A stretch of 10,343 nt of DNA from Candidatus Sericytochromatia bacterium (GTDB taxonomy: Bacteria > Cyanobacteriota > Sericytochromatia > S15B-MN24 > JAQBPE01), in NCBI GenBank assembly GCA_035285125.1, contig JAYKHR010000050.1, positions 1 through 10,343 on the forward strand, in the 5' to 3' direction. The notes beneath the pieces are model-generated. The model was not told where the DNA came from. It saw only the letters and a program-made list of their open reading frames with translations, and ran no database searches. How positions within the stretch are numbered: position 1 is the stretch's first letter; every line of letters starts with the position of its first letter. The translations under genes were made by a program, and so were the position numbers. This document shows positions 5,971 through 10,343 of the stretch, piece after piece.

Positions 5971-7260
5971 TCAGGCCTGGAACTGTTCCAGCTCGGTGGA
6001 GCCGCTCAGGGCGCTGGTGGACGCCTGGCCCTGGGACACCGCGTCCAGCACGGCGTCGAAGTAGCCCGTGCCCGCCTCGCGCTGGTGGCGAATGGCCGTG
6101 TAGCCACGCGCTTCGGCGGCAAACTCGGCCTCCTGAAGCGCCACGTAAGCCGGCATGCCCTGCTCCCGATAGGCCTCGGCGAGCAAGTAGCTGTGGTAGT
6201 TGAGCGCGTGCCAGCCCGCGAGCGTGACGAACTGGAAGCGGTAGCCCATCGCCCCGAGCTCGCGCTGGAAGCGGGCGATGGCAGGCTCGTCGAGGTGCCT
6301 CCGCCAGTTGAAAGAGGGGGAGCAGTTGTAGGCCAGCAGCTTGCCCGGGTGCGCCGCGTGGACGGCAGCGGCGAAGCGCTCGGCCTCGGCGAGGTCGGGG
6401 CGGGAGGTCTCGAACCAGAGCACGTCGGCATACGGGGCGTAGGCCAGGCCGCGGGCGATCGCGGCGTCCAGGCCGTCTCGCACCACCCAGTGCCCCTCGC
6501 CCGTCCGCTCCCCCGTGAGCCACGGCTGGTCGGCAGGGTCGGCGTCCGAGGTGAGCAAGGTGGCCGAGAGGGCGTCGGTGCGGGCGATGAGGACGGTGGG
6601 AACGTCCAGCACGTCAGCCGCCAGGCGGGCGGCGGCCAGGGTGCGCAGGAACTGGCTGGTGGGCACCAGCACCTTGCCGCCGAGGTGGCCGCACTTCTTC
6701 TCGCTCGCAAGCTGGTCCTCGAAGTGGACACCGCCCACCCCTGCCTCGATCAGGGCCTTCATCAGCTCGAAGGCGTGCAGGGCCCCCCCGAAGCCCGCCT
6801 CGGCGTCGGCCACGATCGGCGCGTACCAGTAGGTCTCGGCGTCCCCCTCCAGGCGAGCCACCTGGTCCGCCCGCAGGAACGCCTGGTTGATGCGCCTGGC
6901 CAGGCGCGGCACCGAGTCGCTCGGGTAGAGGCTCTGGTCCGGGTAGGTCTGGCCGGCGCTGTTCTGGTCTGCCGCGACCTGCCAGCCCGAGAGGTAGACC
7001 GCCTGCAGGCCCGCCCGCACCATCTGGACGGCCTGGGCGCCCGAGAGGGCCCCGAAGGTGCGCACGAAGGGCCCGTCCATCATGAGCTGCCACAGGCGCC
7101 GCGAGGCCACCTGGGCCAGCGAGAAATCCTGCTTCAGGGAGGGCCGGAGCCGCACCACCTCCTGCGCCCCGTAGGGCCGGCGGATGCCCGTCCAGCGGGG
7201 GTCGTCCCGCCAGGCGCGCGTCAGCGCCTCGATCTGCACGGTCCGGGTGTCGAAGAACAT
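5971..7260 (-). CDS. aceA: Isocitrate lyase (short, 429 aa type)
   Basis: Motifs '[10 protein letters not shown]', 'YPDQSLYP', '[12 protein letters not shown]', catalytic '[11 protein letters not shown]', 'ARTDA', '[11 protein letters not shown]' and '[11 protein letters not shown]'. ATG 7260 has RBS GAGGAG. Confidence 0.98.
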   Translation of the reverse strand: MFFDTRTVQIEALTRAWRDDPRWTGIRRPYGAQEVVRLRPSLKQDFSLAQVASRRLWQLMMDGPFVRTFGALSGAQAVQMVRAGLQAVYLSGWQVAADQNSAGQTYPDQSLYPSDSVPRLARRINQAFLRADQVARLEGDAETYWYAPIVADAEAGFGGALHAFELMKALIEAGVGGVHFEDQLASEKKCGHLGGKVLVPTSQFLRTLAAARLAADVLDVPTVLIARTDALSATLLTSDADPADQPWLTGERTGEGHWVVRDGLDAAIARGLAYAPYADVLWFETSRPDLAEAERFAAAVHAAHPGKLLAYNCSPSFNWRRHLDEPAIARFQRELGAMGYRFQFVTLAGWHALNYHSYLLAEAYREQGMPAYVALQEAEFAAEARGYTAIRHQREAGTGYFDAVLDAVSQGQASTSALSGSTELEQFQA

Positions 7261-7354
7261 TGGCCTCTCCTCGCTGGGGCGGGCGCCAGGGGCGCCCTGC
7301 GCCGCACCACCGGGCGACGCGGGGGGACGGGGGCGCAGGGCCCCAGGGGGTCGC

Positions 7355-8950
7355 TCAGCCCGCCTCAGTGGCCAGGAGCCTCGCGGTGGCAGGTCCGGTG
7401 AGAAACTCGACGCAGGTCGGGGCCAGCACGAGCCCGTCAAGGAGCGTGACGGCCTCGGCCAGGCGCCCGTTCCCCGAGAGCTTGGCTCGCTCCTCGTCAC
7501 GCAGCCTGGCGTAGAGGGCGCGCGTGACGCGCCCGCCGTGCGCCAGGGGCGTCCCATGCCGCACCCACTGCCACAGCTGCGCGCGGGCCAACTCGGCCGT
7601 GGCGGCATCCTCCATCAGGTGGTGGATCGGCACCGCGCCCCGGCCGGCCAGCCACTCGGCGAGGTAGACCAGGGCCACGTGGACGTTGTCGCGGACGCCG
7701 GCCTCGGTGACGGCGGCCCCGGGCACGCGCACGTCGAGCAGGTGGGCCGCGTCGGCGCCGATGTCCTCCTGCCAGCGGCCGAGCTGATGCGGCTCGCCGG
7801 CGAGCACCCGATCGAACGCCTCGCGGGCCACGGGCACGAGGTCCGGGTGGGCCACCCAGGTGCCGTCGAAGCCGTCGCCGGCCTCCCGCTCCTTGTCGGC
7901 ACGCACCTGGGCGATCGCCCGGGCGTTGGCGTCGGGGTCGCCACGCTGCGGCAAAAAGGCGCTCATCCCCCCGATCGCATGGGCCCCGTGGCGGTGGCAG
8001 CTGCGCACGAGCAGCTTGCAGTAGGCCCGCAAGAAGGGGGCCGCCATCGTCACGCGCGCGCGGTCCGGCAGCACGAAGGCGGCGTCCTCCCCCAGCTTCT
8101 TGATGAAGCTGAAGAGGTAGTCCCAGCGGCCGGCGTTGAGGCCCGTGGCGTGGTCGCGCAGCTCGAAGAGGATCTCCTCCATCTCGAAAGCCGCCAGCAC
8201 CGACTCGATCAGCACGGTGCAACGGATGGTGCCGGGCGGCAGGCCCAGCGCCCGCTCGGCGTGGACGAAGACGTCCCGCCAGAGCCTCGCCTCTCGGTGG
8301 CCCTCCAGCTTGGGCAGGTAGAAGTGGGGGCTGGCCCCCCGCGCCCGAAGGGCCGCGTGGTTGTGGAACAGGTATAACCCGAAGTCGAAGAGGCTGGCCG
8401 CCAGCGGCGCCCCGTCGAGGCGCAGCCGCCCCTCGTCCAGGTGCCAGCCGCGCGGCCGCACCACGAGCACGGCGGGGTGGGCGCCCAGCCCGTACACCCG
8501 GCCGTCGGGCGCCACGTGCGTGATGGTGAGGCGCGCCGCGGCCATCAGGTTGGCGTGGCCGTCGAGCACGTTGGCCCATGTGGGGCTGGTGGCGTCCTCG
8601 AGGTCTGCCATGAAGACGCAGGCGCCGGAGTTCAGGGCGTTGATGATCCGCTTGCGGTCCACAGGCCCGGTGATCTCCACCCGGCGGTCGCGCATGTCGG
8701 CCGGCGCGGGGGCCACGTGCCAGTGCGAGGCGCGGATCTCGGCCGTCTCGGGCAGGAAGCCCGGGCGCTCGCCAGCCCGCAGCCGGTCCCAGCGGGCCGC
8801 GCGCTCGGCCAGCAAGGCCTGCCGGCGCGGCTCGAAGGTCCGGCCGAGGTCCGCCAGGAAGGCCAGCGCCTCCGGCGTGAGCACCCGCTCGCTGATGCCA
8901 GGCCGCGCCTGACCGACCACCCCGACGCCCTGCGGTGCCCCGATGCCCAT
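7355..8950 (-). CDS. aceB: Malate synthase A (531 aa)
   Basis: Motifs 'DRRVEITGP', 'INALNSGA', 'MADLED', 'VRPRGWHL', 'FYLPKLE', '[11 protein letters not shown]', 'DGTWVAHP' and 'LMEDAATAE'. Its size fits malate synthase A rather than G, and it is adjacent to aceA. Confidence 0.97.
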   Translation of the reverse strand: MGIGAPQGVGVVGQARPGISERVLTPEALAFLADLGRTFEPRRQALLAERAARWDRLRAGERPGFLPETAEIRASHWHVAPAPADMRDRRVEITGPVDRKRIINALNSGACVFMADLEDATSPTWANVLDGHANLMAAARLTITHVAPDGRVYGLGAHPAVLVVRPRGWHLDEGRLRLDGAPLAASLFDFGLYLFHNHAALRARGASPHFYLPKLEGHREARLWRDVFVHAERALGLPPGTIRCTVLIESVLAAFEMEEILFELRDHATGLNAGRWDYLFSFIKKLGEDAAFVLPDRARVTMAAPFLRAYCKLLVRSCHRHGAHAIGGMSAFLPQRGDPDANARAIAQVRADKEREAGDGFDGTWVAHPDLVPVAREAFDRVLAGEPHQLGRWQEDIGADAAHLLDVRVPGAAVTEAGVRDNVHVALVYLAEWLAGRGAVPIHHLMEDAATAELARAQLWQWVRHGTPLAHGGRVTRALYARLRDEERAKLSGNGRLAEAVTLLDGLVLAPTCVEFLTGPATARLLATEAG

Positions 8951-9056
8951 GGCCGCCCCCCTTCGCCTGGCCCCATCATCCGGGAGAAAGGCGCAGCCGG
9001 CATCGGCCGGCCTTCACGAAGCGGGTCGTCCGAGGCGACGAGGCGCGGCCAGGCCG

Positions 9057-9539
9057 TCAGGGCGAGCCGGGCTTCGGGCCCACGCGCCACGTCACGGTGG
9101 CGACCGCAACCACGTCGCCGGCCGCGTCCGTGATCGCCGCCGTCACGTCGAGGTCGTGCTCGGCCGAGACGTCCGGAACCCCGGCCTCGCACGCCGACAC
9201 CAGCGTGCCGCGGGCCTTCTTGCGGTAGTCGATCGCGATGCGCGTGACGATGGCGCGCGCGGTGTCAGGCAAGGCGATGTTCATCGCCAGCCCGGAGGTG
9301 GCCTCGGCGAGGTTCACGAGCGCCACGGCGTGCACCGAGCTCAGGTGGTTGCGCACCGCCCGGCGGTCGCGCATGACCGCCCGGCAGTAGCCCGGCCGCA
9401 GATCCTCGATCAGGAGGCCAGCGGTGCCCGTGTAGGGCACCAGCAGGCCGAAGACGCGGCTGAACAGCCAGCGCCCTCCGGGCAGGCCGTGCAGCGACTG
9501 CCACGCGTGGCGGAGCTGGCTGACTGCAGAGCGGGCCAT
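9057..9539 (-). CDS. Hotdog-fold protein, DUF4442/PaaI-like putative acyl-CoA thioesterase (160 aa)
   Basis: Motifs 'VPYTGT', 'VRNHLSSVHAVALVNLAE' and 'IDYRKKARGTL'. RBS GAGGTG upstream of ATG 9539. Confidence 0.85.
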   Translation of the reverse strand: MARSAVSQLRHAWQSLHGLPGGRWLFSRVFGLLVPYTGTAGLLIEDLRPGYCRAVMRDRRAVRNHLSSVHAVALVNLAEATSGLAMNIALPDTARAIVTRIAIDYRKKARGTLVSACEAGVPDVSAEHDLDVTAAITDAAGDVVAVATVTWRVGPKPGSP

Positions 9540-9572
9540 CGGGAATCACCTCATGTCAGGGCGCACGGCCCC

Positions 9573-9578
9573 ATCATA
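9573..9578 (-). promoter_or_regulatory. Putative -10 element (TATGAT) for the hotdog-fold gene
   Basis: Reverse complement of atcata (9573-9578), 33 nt upstream of the ATG, in an 88-bp divergent spacer. Confidence 0.5.
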
Positions 9579-9615
9579 CCCGGCCCCCCGCTTCCGGCGG
9601 CGGCCCCTCCCGCGC

Positions 9616-9621
9616 TACACT
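9616..9621 (+). promoter_or_regulatory. Putative -10 element (TACACT) positioned for a leaderless transcript
   Basis: TACACT-GGCCCC-ATG: 6 nt to the start codon and no Shine-Dalgarno sequence. Confidence 0.55.
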
Positions 9622-9627
9622 GGCCCC

Positions 9628-10343
9628 ATGGTGCCAACTCCACCCTGGGACGTGATCGTGGTGGGCGGGGGGCCCGCCGGGCTGATGGCGGGCGTGGCCT
9701 CCGCGCGGGCGGGCGCCCGCACGCTGCTCGTCGAGAAGGGCGACAAGCTCGGGCGCAAGCTGATCATCTCGGGCGGCGGCCGCTGCAACGTGACGAACGT
9801 GGGCGACACCACGCACCTCGTCTCGATGATCGTGGGCAACGGGCGCTTCATGCACGGCATCTTCGCCCAGTACTGCAACCGCGACATCGTGGCCTTCTTC
9901 GAGGGCCTCGGCGTGCGCCTCAAGGAGGAGGACCACGGGCGGATGTTCCCCGTGACGGACAAGGCCACCACGGTCGCTGCCACCATGATCGACCACCTGC
10001 GGAGCCTGGGCGCCACGATCTGGCTGGAGGCCCCGGTGGCAGGCCTGCTGGTGGAGGACGGCCGCGTGGTGGGCGTGAAGCTGCGCGACGGGCAGGCCAT
10101 CCGGGGGCACGAGACGGTGCTGGCCGTGGGCGGGGCCTCCGTGCCGCGCACGGGCTCGACGGGGGATGGCTACGGCTGGGTGCAGGCCGTGGGGCACACC
10201 GTCACGCCGCTGTACCCCACCGAGGTGCCCATCCACCTCGACGCGCCCTGGGTGCGCGAGCGGAGCCTGCAGGGCCTGTCGCTGCGGGAGGTGCCGCTGA
10301 CGCTGACGAACGCCAAGGGCAAGCGCCTGACGACCCAGCTGGG
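9628..10343 (+). CDS. HI0933/YhiN/BaiN-family NAD(P)/FAD-dependent oxidoreductase (3' end runs off the window)
   Basis: Not in the ORF track because it is truncated. Manual translation MVPTPPWDVIVVGGGPAGLMAG...EKGDKLGRKLIISGGGRCNVTN...EEDHGRMFP...LAVGGASVPRTGSTGDGY shows the family signature motifs. Confidence 0.93.
   Translation, partial: MVPTPPWDVIVVGGGPAGLMAGVASARAGARTLLVEKGDKLGRKLIISGGGRCNVTNVGDTTHLVSMIVGNGRFMHGIFAQYCNRDIVAFFEGLGVRLKEEDHGRMFPVTDKATTVAATMIDHLRSLGATIWLEAPVAGLLVEDGRVVGVKLRDGQAIRGHETVLAVGGASVPRTGSTGDGYGWVQAVGHTVTPLYPTEVPIHLDAPWVRERSLQGLSLREVPLTLTNAKGKRLTTQL

Noticed and set aside
5789..6064. 91-aa ORF starting inside the candidate sRNA
   Set aside because: It has a GTG start with no SD, crosses the terminator hairpin and overlaps the aceA 3' end. 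A peptide cannot be fully excluded without ribosome profiling.
7294..7341. 10-bp inverted repeat (GCCCTGCGCC / GGCGCAGGGC) between aceB and aceA
   Set aside because: It has a long loop, no U-tract and an extremely GC-rich context. It could be an mRNA stabiliser but cannot be distinguished from chance.
5749..7401. 550-aa + strand ORF antisense to aceA
   Set aside because: It is a shadow of aceA, has a TTG start without an RBS, and runs through the hairpin and the low-complexity tract.
2284..7918. Three GCGATCGC (cyanobacterial HIP1) octamers at 2284, 6455 and 7911
   Set aside because: All lie in coding sequence and are explained by Ala-Ile-Ala codons in a high-GC genome. Three is too few to claim enrichment.
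9574..10236. Minus-strand ORFs 9574..10236 and 9615..10151
   Set aside because: These are antisense shadows of the truncated HI0933-family gene on the + strand.

Overview
High-GC (roughly 70% by eye) bacterial chromosomal window with 11 supportable genes. In order: a truncated secreted YceI-family gene translationally coupled to a 4-His, 4-TM cytochrome-b561-like membrane protein (-); a stand-alone heptose-7-phosphate kinase, HldA/RfaE domain I (+); a DoxX membrane protein (-); a sodium:solute symporter with a small membrane partner (+); an orphan lipoprotein (+); the glyoxylate shunt aceB-aceA (-); a hotdog-fold DUF4442/PaaI-like protein (-); and a truncated HI0933/YhiN-family flavoprotein (+). 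I see no mobile element, CRISPR array, tRNA or rRNA. The most interesting signal is the 290-bp gap between the lipoprotein gene and aceA. It holds an exact ECF-sigma-type promoter motif (TGAAAC-N16-CGTC), three GAGCGCC repeats, a 68-nt G-free tract with six CUCC (anti-Shine-Dalgarno-like) motifs and a perfect 15-bp hairpin. Together these suggest an unannotated small RNA of about 180 nt. All calls come from reading the sequence; no searches were run.
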